From the NCBI GenBank assembly GCA_050084515.1, contig CM114271.1, positions 8,246,001-8,310,000 of the forward strand: DNA of 64,000 nucleotides. The letters are read 5' to 3'. The translations under genes were made by a program, and so were the position numbers. This stretch comes from Blasia pusilla (lineage: Eukaryota). The notes beneath the pieces were generated by a model. That model was not told where the DNA came from, ran no database searches, and worked only from the letters and a program-made list of their open reading frames with translations. This document shows, piece after piece, positions 51,201 to 63,546 of this stretch (position 1 is its first letter; the number at the start of each line of letters is the position of its first letter).

Positions 51201-54187
51201 AGCAACCATGGCACGCTCTATCGCGGGTCTAGCGGGAATCTTGACCATCCTAGTAGCCGCAACCTGCCATAAATCTCAGGTGGACGGCCCAAGCATCAAC
51301 TCCAAGGGCACGTCCATCACCTCCTCTGCAATCACCTCTGAACGTGATGCAGGAACACCATCTCCACGCTCAAATAGCATAGCTTCCAGCCAAAAAACCT
51401 CGGCGGGTATACCTCCCAACGTCATAACATTGGAAGCTAAAAACAAAGGAGCATGGTACACCATCATGGCCGCCCCCAACATCGTACTCGACACATGCTC
51501 CTCCCGAGCATCAGCAATAGGAGTCATCGTACTTGCTTCTCCCATCTCCCTTTGTGCTTGCATACTAACAACATCAACTCTCTGGGAACTCTAATCAAGA
51601 CCCATCGATGGGATCCTCATCGCCTCGCACAATGTGAAAGACTGAGGAAGCCTGGTTTGTTTCCTGGCTTCCCCTCTATGTGGATCCAACTCTGTGGCAT
51701 CTCCACGTGTAATAACAAGCTCTGCCTCCAACTGGATAGTCAAGCACATCGAGCCATGATCCTCCATATCTCTGGCCGCTCCATAAGACGTTGATGCCAC
51801 AGATCCAGCATTGGATAACCTCAATTCCATATAGAAAATATGTTGATGTAGTTGTTGTATCTAAGCAGCCATCCCAGCCTCATGTTGGCATCTCCCTCAA
51901 CGCATCTAAGTAGCGGAACTCTACCTCCTCCACGGGCAACTCCACCACCCCCTTGGGCAAATCGAACTCCTCGTCCGCGAACGGGACCACCTGGTGCAGG
52001 ACCTCTAGGCCCACCTAGACCAAAAACTTACTCTAGTGACCTCTCTTATCCTCGGTCAGGACATAACTGAGGGTGTAGGTTGAAACACCTAGCACATGTG
52101 TGACCGTACCTCTAACAATAGTCACAGTGATAAACTCCTAGTGCAACACCATCTCCTCCTCTATTTTGAGGCACGCGTCCATGACCTTGACGAGTGCAAT
52201 TGTATTGATGATGGGCTCCCCCACATGTCCAACAAATAAGCGCAAGTGGAATTGCATTGATGATGGGCTCCACCACATGCCCAACAAATAAGCGCATGTG
52301 GCTGCTGGTGAGCCGCATATGAAGGCACAAGTGTTTGTGGCACGGCCTCCCGGTATCCTCCCCAAGCTTGTGGTGCCATAGACCTATCTTGGAATCCACG
52401 TTGCTGCATTGGTGGTGCACGCAATCATGACTGCTCTAGCCTAGAACCCATGGTGGCCACGCTCTCCTCCGCCATGGTACGCTCAATGTTCTCGGAATTT
52501 GTAAAACATCTCTCAACGTCGGTGAGGTGTGCATAAGAAGTACCCCATCCCTCACCCATATCCGCACGTCTCAATCGAGTATCGCGTACCATGCCTAGAT
52601 AGCTTAGGACTCTCTAACCCCCCTGAGTCACGCCAATCAATCAGCGCAAGCAAGTGTAGGCCTCACGCAAACTCTCACCCGGGCGCTGCTCAAAGTCGTG
52701 GATGCTCCGCAACTTCTCAGTCCATACCCTTTGAGTAGCTCGTCCATAACTTAGCAAAGAACTCAACTATGGAGTTGAACTTGGGAAGAACTCAACAGGA
52801 CGATGCAACTGCTCCAATTCGAGTTACCCCTCCTAACACATCACTAGTGGAAGAGGAAGTAGCCTCTCATGACTCCTCCTCCTCATCTCGAAACGGCTGA
52901 GTCCATGACACATAGTGTGGGTCATAGAAGAGTCTCCATGCCTCAATCTCCCGGGCATATCTCTAGGAGAACTCATGGTAATCGTCCATGGGCGACCCCT
53001 CTAAATGGTGGAACATTCCGTTCCATGCTGTAAATGGGTTTAACTCTATGGAGTTCCTAGCCCCCTGTGAGATACACCAACTCCTAAACTTTGCAATGAA
53101 CTACTGTAACTCTATAGTGCCTATAACACCCAAAAACCTATGCGGTCCTCTACCCTGGTCGTCCATCTCGTACGCCCAAATGGTAGGACCACTCAATGTG
53201 TGCGCTGAATCACTAACACACTCCTCTACGTTATCCCCCTCCTCTGACGATGACATAGAAGGAGGATGAGGCGGTCCCTCACGTGGAGACCCTCGAAAAC
53301 TCGTGCCACTTCGCGTAAATCCTCTAGAGCTACTCTCACGTCCACCACCTTGCCTCTCAAAGTCTCAAAAGGATGCAGTGATGATCCTCGTACCCCTCTC
53401 ACACGATTACTCTCAATCCTGCGAGTAATCACTCAAACTAAACATGCGGCACTCAATCTACACTCTCTCACTGAGACGTGTGCTATGTAGCAATAAGCAG
53501 CGTGGTGCGGAAAATTGGCTACTATCCTATCATCTCATCGACAGAACATACCCTCGACTCTGGACATCCCACATAGGTCTTTGTCGCCTAAACCCATACA
53601 TCAATGATGCTCGTAGCATCTCCACGAAACCCAATATCCCTAGTAACTACCCAATTCCCGGAATTCCCTCACACGTGCAGGGCAAAAGACTTGAATGGAT
53701 AACCTGACAACAAATGTCGATGTCGCTCCTCAATCAGCAACTGTAAATCTTGACCCCAAGTTGATTGTGAAGGCAAAACTCCTCCAATCAGCAAGTCATA
53801 CTCATGTGATACTGATAATGCTTAAATCTCCTCGATGTGCGGTGCTGGTCCAGAGGTACAGTGCGGTACAGGTGACACACAATGGCTATATACGGCATGG
53901 CACTTGGGAATGTGGTGCAACACTCAGTGGCATACCCTCCTCAATAAAAAAAATACACTCTCTGCTCCCAATGATGGTGCGGCTCTGCGATCGAGATGGT
54001 GTAGTGCGGCCATGAGTGGCATGACGCGGCAATGGGCCGCTGGTTGCGGCTACAAGCGTCATGGCATGGTACTTGATTGTCGTCAAGCGGCTACAAATCA
54101 TGGCATATCCAAGCGGAAAGAAAACTTGGACCTCATAAATCCAAGGATCACTTGTCACTGTCGGCGGCCAACGGAAACCATAGTAAC

Positions 54188-55151
54188 TTTCGCGACGCTC
54201 ATGACCAAACGAGTGCCAAAGCGGAACATCGGAACATTAGCGGGCTCACGCTAAGATGGTTTGCGCGTTGGAGTAGTCTTGAAGAAGAGACAAGAGACGA
54301 GATGCAAGCGAGGCTTCGCGTTTCAAATGTTGTGGTCACGACCGAGAAACCTAGACCAAACGGGGAATAAGACTTGAAAGGAGTTGAGTCTAGAAAGTGG
54401 GTTGCCAAAGGAAGAATCTGGATTTGGAACGCCAATAGCGTTTGAGAGTTTTGGACTGTATTTATAACCATTACTTTTAGCGCCAAGATGCGTTTGGATT
54501 AAACAAGGGTGCGTTGGAAGGCTTATGGAAATGGGATTCAAACGCACTAAAGATCTCTGCAAACGCATAAGCAACGGCTGAGAAACAACCCTGAAACGAC
54601 TATAAGTAGAGTCGGGTTGAGGGCCACAATGAAGGGCCCGATCCTCCTTTTCCAAAGGGGGTGGTCTCCAAGAGTGATTGGAACTCGAACCCCACTTTGG
54701 GCGCCATAGGGCGGCTCAAGGGCATGGAACGGATCAAGAGTTTGGGGTTGGGTTGGAAAACCTGAACCAAGTCTACAGAGGTGATTTTAGACATCCCTCT
54801 TGGATTTCACCCCACGACTCAATTGCTTGGGTCTTGGTTTGGAACTCGCATGAGGTCCGTTGAACAGTTGGGATCGCTAGGCGCGCAAGTGCCGTTTTAG
54901 GTTCCTGGACTAATCAGGAAGTCTATTCCAAGTCTTGAAGGACTTGCCATGTTTTGGAAACTAGGAAGTAAGGAAAGTTGAGCTTGATGAGACGCCGAGT
55001 TGAGAACTCGGTGGGTTGGAACGCTGGTTGGCCCAGACCCGACTAATGAGAGTGCGTGTTTGGGTGCTGATCGGCGTTGAGATCATGTCCTACTGAACAT
55101 ACGCTTCCGCAACACTAAAGGTTGACGTTCAAGGAGAGTAGGGGCGCGACA
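54188..55151 (+). repeat. 5' LTR of the chromovirus
   Basis: Matches the solo LTR 43274-44275. Ends cgcgaca, 2 nt before the PBS. Confidence 0.93.
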
Positions 55152-55153
55152 AG

Positions 55154-55165
55154 TGGTATCAGAGC
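55154..55165 (+). promoter_or_regulatory. Primer binding site, tRNA-iMet
   Basis: tggtatcagagc. Confidence 0.95.
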
Positions 55166-55294
55166 TAATCCTTGGTGAACGAGAACTTGGGGTCGTGGGA
55201 TCAACCAGACGCTTGGGAAAACTCAAGGTAGCGGCCAGACTCAGACGCTCAAGGAGGGACGCAAGAAACGAGGAGGAGATATGAGTGAGTTGGC

Positions 55295-56961
55295 TTGAAA
55301 ATGGTGATCAAGGGAGAACAACCCAAGAAGCGCCGAATCAAGCGACGTGAACCAAGAGAGGAACCAACGCTGGACCGTGAAGCTATGGAGGAGACGGAGA
55401 CTCCCGAAGAGCTGAACGCCAGACGTGAGGACGTTCTAGAGGCGAATCCTTCCGCAGAGCCATCGGGCCAAAACTCAGGGGAACCGACCGAGTCAAGCCA
55501 GACGTTGGACTTGTTGAAGCTATTGGTGGAGCAGATGTCCCAGCAAAGCAAGCGGATTGCAGAGTTAGAGGCCACCCAACTCCGGGTGCGGGCAAAAAGC
55601 TCTGCAAGACAAACCTGCCCACGCCATTCACTGGGATGGGGCGCTCGCGGAAAGGGAAGGATTTCCTTAGAGAACTAGAACTGTACTTCGAGGCGCAGAG
55701 GTCAGCTGAGCAGGACAAGGTGACGGTAGCCATTACTTTCCTGAAGGATCATGCCCTACAATGGTGGATAGCTCAACGAGAGGAATATGTGGCCGGCGAC
55801 TCACCTCTGAGTTGGGAGGAGTTTAAGGTGTTGATTGGGGATCAATTCACTCGAGAGTACCAAGGGTTGCGCGACACGGTGGAATGCGTGCGGATGCGGG
55901 AGAGTGATTCCTTAAGCGCGTATGTGAGAGAGTTTAGTGCGAAACTGACTTCTCTTCCAAAGATGGATGAGCACGCAAAGAAGGCTATCTTCATTAGTGG
56001 ACTCAAGTCAAGCGCTGAAAAGGCCCTTTACCGAATGCCGACGTTGCCAGATACCTGCGCGGATCTTCTGAAGCTAGCGGAGTGGATTGGGGATGATGAG
56101 GTCCAAACCCATAAACCCTTTGAGCCAAAAGGTTTTCCGAAGAAGTCAAAAAATAATGAGACGTTCAAAAGAGTCTAGAGTGGGGGCCAGCATGATCCAG
56201 GAGAGTCGTCTGTCCCAAAAGCAACACGAGTGGAACTTCATGCGAAGCCAAGAGGAGGACAACACTCGAAGTCAGGGAATGGCAAGGTCATATGCTACAA
56301 TTGTGGCAAACCGGGGCACCTGGCGAAAGTGTGTTCAAAACCGAAGGTCAGTAATGGGAGTATGATTGCATTTGCTGCTAAGCATCTGTTGGCAGGTGAT
56401 CTCGAGACGTCCCTCCAGGTCACCAAGAGGACGCACAATTTGGTGTACCTAAGGTCCAAGATTGCTCATCGCGATGTGTTGTTGCTCGTGGATACACGTG
56501 CTTCGCACTCCTTCCTAAGCCCAAGAATCGTGAAGGAACTGGGGTTGTCTACCTCTAAGGCGGATGAGCCCATTCAAGTAGGATTTGCATGAGGCAAGTC
56601 TCATCCGACTTCTGAATTGGTCTTGGGTTTGACCGTAGGATGCGGGGTATTCCAGTTGAAGGAGAATTTCACTGTGTGTGAAATGGATGGCATTGACGGA
56701 GACTTGGGGAACACATTCCTAGATGCGTATGAGGTGGAGTTAAGACGTAGACCCTTGAGGCTGAGCATCTTGCTAAAAGGCAAACGGTTACAGGTGCGGT
56801 TGGTCCGTGAGGTTCCGGAGAAAAAGGAGTTAGTGAACTCGTTTACAAGGAGGAGCATGACCGAGTTCGAGGATGGATTTCTCGGCTTGATGAGACAAGT
56901 GGAGGAGGCTACAAGCAGAATACGCGGAGATCAGGACACTGCTTCAAGGGGAATCCCATAA
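55295..56961 (+). pseudogene. gag: Chromovirus gag and protease
   Basis: DFLRELELYF..FLKDHALQWW..LSAYVREF, CYNCGKPGHLAKVC and LLVDTRASHSF. Frameshifts and stops. Confidence 0.9.
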
Positions 56962-56973
56962 CCACTCTAGGAA

Positions 56974-57642
56974 GTGGTCAAGGAGTTTGAGGATGTCTTG
57001 ACAAATGAGCTTCCGACTGAACTGCCGCCACATAGAGCCGTCGATCATAAGATAGAGAAGATACCTGGTTCCCAACCGCCTTCAAAAGCACCATATAGGT
57101 TGAATCAGGAGGAACTTCTTGAGTTGAAAAGGAAGTTAAGTGAGCTCTTGGAAAAGGGTTACATTAGGACTAGCAAGTCACCTTATGGAGCACCTGTTAT
57201 TTTGGTAAAGAAGAAGGATGGAAAGATGAGGTTGTGTGTTGATTACCGTGCGCTGAATAAAGTGACAGTTCGGAACAATTATCCTCTTCCATATGTGATT
57301 GTGGCAAACTCGTTTGAGGATGTGTATACATTGGGGCTGCCGGACGAGTTCAAGATTCACCCGACCTTTCATGTGTCATTGTTGAAGAAATATCTTCAAG
57401 ATAATGGACGTTTTGAGCGGAGACAGGTGGTGAGACCGCACCCGATGATCATAAATGAAGAGCCGGAGTTTGAGATGGAGACCATCTTACGTTCGAGGCG
57501 TCGGGCCAACAAGTATGAATACTTGGTTAAATGGAAGGGCTTCCATGTGAAGGAGGCGACTTGGATTGCGAAGGCGGATTTGGAACACGCGCAAGAGTTG
57601 TTGCGAGACTTCAAGCGAACGCAAGCGAAGCACATACGTTAG
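56974..57642 (+). pseudogene. pol: In-frame RT N-terminus / integrase C-terminus / chromodomain fusion
   Basis: ..[22 protein letters not shown] joined directly to [41 protein letters not shown]. Confidence 0.92.
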
Positions 57643-58269
57643 TACGAGGAAAAGCTAGAGACATGACTTGTAACCATTGGAATCTTGGGCCGAAGGCCAT
57701 TGTAACTAGAATATGCTAGTGTTGCAATAAAGGAGTGTATGGATTTGGAGATTCGATGCTAGAGTTGATTGCAATTGTATGAGGTGCGGTAAGAGGAGAG
57801 GAAGAGAGCAAGAGAGGAGAGAGGAGAGAGGAAACTACCTTCAACCAAAATAGATAATTTTTTTTGAAGAGAGTTCCCGTTGGGTTGAAGAGAGGAAACT
57901 TTTCGTGTGAATTTTTTTGCACTTTTTTGCTCAGTTATTAAGCAGTCCCATAAAAAAAAATTCTCTTCCATATTTTGGAAACCCATCTGAGTCCGACCAG
58001 TTGCAAATTGCGCAAAATATACAAAACTGAAAAATCAATGGAATCATAAGTGTGGAACCAATCACTTTCTCCATCCAAGGTTTGGAAACAATCTACGATT
58101 TGCCTTGGGCTGAATAGAGTTCAAGCTAAAAGTGAAGGTTCTTGAAAAATGAAAATACAATCTAAAGCCTCATTTTGCATCCTCAAAGTGGTTTGTTTAA
58201 AATACTTCGCACTTCTTTGAGGGACAGAATTGGTTGGTGGATTCCTACTCCTACCTCCGACTCTCTTAA

Positions 58270-61200
58270 AACTACCAACAACACATAGTACATCTACTTA
58301 CAAGGGAAATACCTTTCGCCACTTGTCTCTTTTTGGACAAAGTCATCACATGAACATGTGTGAAAGCAACAGATGTGCACCACATACACCCCTATGACAC
58401 TTGAATTTACAGTGTTGCTCCCGACCCAATACATCCTTCCTATTCCATTGCCACTCATGACATCTTTCGTGGCAATGATCTCCATTTTTGCCTCCCGAGC
58501 TGATGCAATTCGCTTTGCACTCTCCACCGTTGGCCTACACATTCTGTTTCTCTTCACCCCATTTCTAGACTCAAACAGAAATAATGGATTGAGATCATCC
58601 ACCTTCTCCGGGTACATGTAGACATCAATCTTGGGTTGAATACAAAATGCAAAGGACTCTATAATGCAAACATGCTCCAAACTTCCCCCGTCTACGAGTC
58701 TGAAATCGGCACTTGTAAGATTGTCCACTTCGTCTTGAGTGCAGTTCGTACCAACGGCGATGGGCCAAATCATGGGGGTATTCCCCGGAGCTCCAATGAA
58801 AGCCGGATAAGACTTCCGGAAAGCGCAAGATTCATTTGGACAGAAGAAGTACTTCAATTGATCCCCAGTCTTCGTGAAACGATCAAAGGTTTTGAGTCCC
58901 CAAAGCCCAGGCACTGGTCGTCCCGTCCTTGTACAGTTCTTATTTAGGAAAGTGCCCCATGATCTCCTAATGCCATCACATTCTGCCCTGCAGGTGGGTC
59001 CACGTCTTGGGTTGCTCCGAGATATATGCCACCATTTTAGGTTGCAATCCACCTCCATTACCGGAATCCCATATTGTTGAAACACCCCAATGACAAGATG
59101 TTGCGAACTTCCAGCAACGGAGGACTTTTGAAATAAGACATTCATTAATTTTGGAGAAGGGTCTCCATCACAGATTTGGGACGGGTCCAGGGTCCCCGAA
59201 TACCTGGGAGGCGTAATTTCCTCATCCAAATCAATCACCGGATTCGTTCCTCGAAGCTGCCTCTTCACCTGCCTGAATTCAAGATACTTATCTGGTCTCC
59301 ACGAGTCTCGCTCGGACTGCTCTACCACCATCTGTATGGGACGTCTTGAAACACGCCCACAAATATCCCCACCAATGTGCACGTCTTGCTCGAGGGGAGT
59401 TCCAGCTACGCACCGGTTGAAGGCTTCCACATACAGTTTTTCATCACCAGATCTCACAATTGCCCTGACATAGAGCTCGTAGATCGACGACCCCCTTCCT
59501 TTTGTTATGCCTTTTGTGAGGAAGATATGGGATGCTGCAGATTGTAGAATTGCTCTTGCCTGGTCTTGTTGGCATGCCTTCACACGTGAAATTCGTTGGC
59601 ATGCTTGTGACGACCTCCAGGAGGAATGAACACTTTCTGCTCCACTTGTGTTGGGGCAGAGGGCATTTTCATGAATGTTCAATCCTTGCAACGGCGGCAA
59701 TGTTAGAAGGGAACGAAAATAACTCACGAGTCAAAGAAATAAGCTACCTGTCGGAACCAGACGGGTTGCAAGGCCGAGGCATCCCATGAACGACTCTGCG
59801 ACCCGTCAGGTCCCGACGTGTTGCAACCCTAAACCCACCTACTGCAACCCGTCGGATTCAGACGGGTTGCAAGGCCGAGAAATCCCATGAACGACTCTGC
59901 AACCCGTCGGGTCCCGACGTGTTGCAACCCTAAACCCACCTACTGCAACCCGTCGGATTCACACGAGTTGCAAGAACGTGTGGCCACTCTGGAAGGTCCA
60001 AGTGCAAGTCATCCGAAACCCATCCGGGTCGAACCATTTGCAGGCCTTGTATACATGCGACTTGCATACTTGTCTACGGGTTGCACCAAAATTCTAGATG
60101 TAACCCGTCGGTTTCCGTCGGGTTGCACACTCGGGAAACCCGTTGCATCCGACAGCTTCCTTGGTTTCTTTGGTTTGAAATCCCTATAGTTCCCACGCTT
60201 CTCAACTTGAGCTGCAACTTTACAAATAATTCTCAACGTGAGCTTCACAAGACAAAATAGTGAACTCACCTGCCGCATGAAGTTTCCCCATTGTCTTATA
60301 CGTACAGTCCACCAACTCAACCAAGAGCACAACTCTTTGTGCTTCCCCTCAATCGCATGCTTCCTCCACCACCCATGAAGTTCTTCCTGGCATTCCATGT
60401 CCTGCTTCAAGGTTTTGCTGTCCTTGCAACGTTGGAGTAGAGTGACATGCTCTGTCCTCTTATTCTCCTTGATGCAAGATTTGGTGTACCGGGTCACAGA
60501 CTGTTGCCAAAGGAAAGCATCCGACCTTTCCCTCTCCGGTTGAACCTCTCTACCCAAGAACACTTCCCGGATAGCAATCCACCCAGGTTGTGCATTGTCC
60601 GCCATGAACCCATAAATTTTGGAGGTGGCCTTTTGTTTTCCTTCACCACCTCCAATAAGAGTAACCAGCACATCTTCAAACTGCCAACGTCTTCTGCCTT
60701 TACTTCATAGACAAATATAGTTTTGAGTCCCTTCTCCACATGGTCATAAACGTGAGCACCCATTGTCAACCATCCGTTCAGCACTCTGTAGCAAATATCA
60801 AAGCTTACCCAGCTACCGTAAAGATCTTCCCCTTCCCTCATTCGATCTATAAGATCGAGGCCACTCGACAGACCTGTGGTTGATATTTTGAAGACATAGG
60901 CCCTAGATCCCTCGCCTCCTTGGCCCACGAACTGCCATCTCTCAATGAATGGAAATCTGGAGTTGGCCTTGATTCTGGCGATGGCATCCATTTCGGCCGT
61001 CTTTCCATCCAGAACCCGTATTTGACGCAGCAAATTCTAGAAGCATTCAGGATCAGCGAGGAAGGCGAGATTTTCCCAAAGTTGTTTCTCCTCTGCCGCC
61101 GTGATCTCGCCTTGTCTAGGGATTCCAAGAAAATTTTCACACATTTGTGATGCCGTTGTGAGCTTGATCACTCCGGGCTTTGAACCCGGAGAGTTTCTGT

Positions 61201-62165
61201 AGACCTCGGAAACTTTCTTCGCCACATCCTCCTTGATGTGTCTCTGAATTGCATCGGTCACAGGATGAGTGAGGGAGCCTACATGAACTGGCAGCCTTAT
61301 GTACTCTGACGTGGAGCCTAAGGCGTGGACAATGAAAAATATGTATGCAGGACATGCTCCAACGCAGAAGGGCGATGCCTGGCAATGAGGACATCGATGG
61401 CCTCCTGGCGGTATGGAGTTTCTGCATTCTTGGGGGGGAATTGCGACGTATTGACTCGCCCGTTGCGCTCTAGATACGGGCATGTTGGACTTCTACACTC
61501 CAAGGCTCTAACGCATTGGCGGCGGGAGACAATCCAAGGACCATCTGGAATTGAAGCACTAGTCCGTTGAAGCCTGCACCATCGATGACAATCAGACTTT
61601 CTGTCCATACCCTTCAGGCGTCCTCCATCTTTGTTTTGAGCAGGAGCAGCAAGTGGAGGCAACTCAAAAATGCAATTACCATCGTACGTGGGCGGCAGCT
61701 CGTTGACAAGAATAGGCTTGAAATTTTCAAGGCGAGAGACGAAAGCAAACTATTGCCTGATACTCGCAAGAGGAACGAGTAGGCGGACAGAGGGCCCGGT
61801 TGGTGTCCGACAGATCCACTGAGGTTGATAACATCCAGAATCTCTTCAGGAAGAACAACATTGTTACGAGCGTGTGAAGTTGGAGTCAAAGCCGGATCTA
61901 CTCAGCTAGGAGTTGCAAAAGTAGAGTTCGGAGCACTAGGAAATTTTCGACCGTTTACTTGGGAAACAGACGAATTCAGGGGCAGGCTGTAAACTCTGTA
62001 TTGACCATTTGATAGAGGTAGGAGATTCCATACTTTACGGTCTCCAATCACTGGTTGGACTGTCGCACCTATTATGTCCTCGGTACCGTCCACCCTAACA
62101 TCCTTGGATACAAAGATGGTTCCAATTTGTAGAAGAAATCGAAGAGAGAGAAAATTTTCATCCAC
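58270..62165 (-). mobile_element. Decayed Mutator (MULE)-like transposase gene: WRKY/GCM1-like Zn finger, DDE core, SWIM finger
   Basis: Cys/His N-terminus (CVRALECRSPTCPYL..CPHC..CPAY..VHVGSLTHP). Candidate catalytic residues: WVSFD, FMADNAQ and SGAESVHSSW. C-terminal CSCDDF..FPCK. Frameshifts. GT donors near 60269 and 59747. Confidence 0.75.
59750..60150. repeat. Palindromic gcaacccgtc-N-gacgggttgc units inside the transposase gene, including a ~100-bp tandem duplication
   Basis: e.g. gcaacccgtcggattcagacgggttgc at ~59844-59870. 59760-59860 is repeated at 59860-59960. Confidence 0.85.
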
Positions 62166-62397
62166 TGCTAGAAAGACTCAAGAGCTTGCGGTCGAACGAT
62201 TTTTGATTGAGGAAGGGCCGCCAGATGACTGCCACAAGTGAGCTTCACATAATTATCCATTCCGAAAAATTTTGTACGGGAGGAGAGTGAGAGTGAGAAT
62301 GAGAATTTTTAATTTATAGTGAATAGGAAATCAGATACTCGTGACAAAATTTTACTGACAAGATGAAGTTCGGTAGGTGAAAATGTCTGACACAATG

Positions 62398-63200
62398 GAT
62401 TCAATTCCGTTGCAACCGATTCAATTCCGTTGCAACCGATTCAATTTTGTTGCAATCTGTTACAGGATTTGGGAAGCAAAGACGTGGGTTGCGAAGCACA
62501 CTTCATTTCGTTGGAACCCGTCGGAGTCCTGGTTACTCAACTATTAACCCAAGCTAAGCGAAGCCTACAACCCGTCGGCTTCGGACGGGTTGCATGCTTG
62601 TGCCTACCTTGAAACGCAAACATGATCAAAGCTGGAAACCCGTCGCTCTCCAAGGAGTTGCTCGGATACCGCGCCTTCTTGCCCGAAGATGGCGGAGGCT
62701 TGCAACCCGTCAGCATCAGACGGGTTGCCCAATTATCTCATGGTGTAACACTTACATGAAGGAAGCGTGCAAAGCTTCTATTCTCGACGAGTTCTGCGGG
62801 TGCCGCACCTTCTTGCCCAAAGACGGCGAGGCGTGCAACCCGTCGCCCTCCGACGGGTTGCGCAAGGGCCTCCCCTTGTTTCGCTTACATGAAGGAAGCG
62901 TGCAACATGTCGGCCTCCAACGAGTTGCGCGGAAAGCCCAGGTTGTTAACCCTTGACGAGGGAAGCGTGCAACCCAACGGTCTCTGACGGGTTGCGCGGT
63001 TACGTCCCGTTCTTGTCCGAAGACGGCGAAGGCGCGCAACCTGTAGATCTCCGACGGGTTGCGCGGGTACCTCCCGTTCTTGTCCGAAGAGGGCGGAGGT
63101 GCTCAACCTGTCGGTCTTCGACGGGTTGCTCGTGCACCTCGCGTTATCGTCCCAGGACGGCGGAGGCGCTCAACCTGTCGGACTCCGACGGGTTGCCATT
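62398..63200. repeat. Array of the same palindromic units (~60-70-bp period) preceded by a 20-bp tandem trimer
   Basis: About ten variants of caacccgtcg..cgacgggttgc. gattcaattccgttgcaacc occurs about three times at 62398-62457. Confidence 0.88.
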
Positions 63201-63546
63201 TTTCACGTCCAGACTTCCGTAACGGCCGGCACGTCGCCGGCGGAAGAACGATGCGACCCAACGGTCAGCCCAACGGCTAGAAAAGTATAAATAGGGGAGA
63301 AATCCTTATTTCCGGTTTCTCATTTTGCGATCTCCATTGCTCTCCCGCGCAGAGCTGATCAGATACCAAGGGGCGCTTCACACGGCGAGTCATTGCGAGA
63401 CGATACGAGCAAACGAGAGCAAGACGATTCGACCAAACGATCGCGAGACGATTTGAGCTACCCGTCAAGGCGACTCATCTCGACATCAGCAAGGCGAGTG
63501 ATGAAGCGATTCATCGTGGACATAGGTGGAGGAATTTCTGGGAAAA

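Larger units (their letters stand above)
46232..54187 (-). mobile_element. Ty3/gypsy family M, copy B: gag-PR-C5 DNA methyltransferase-RT-RH-IN, decayed, 3' end truncated
   Basis: The domains are read in this order on the minus strand, with many stops. No 3' LTR. Confidence 0.92.
54188..57642 (+). mobile_element. Internally deleted chromovirus (Ty3/gypsy with chromodomain), 3' LTR absent
   Basis: 5' LTR, tRNA-iMet PBS, gag, CCHC, protease (LLVDTRASHSF), and RT start fused to IN C-terminus and chromodomain. Confidence 0.93.

Noticed and set aside
62500-63200. Palindromic array as a CRISPR-like array
   Set aside because: The intervening sequences are related to each other, the repeats are degenerate and no cas genes are present.
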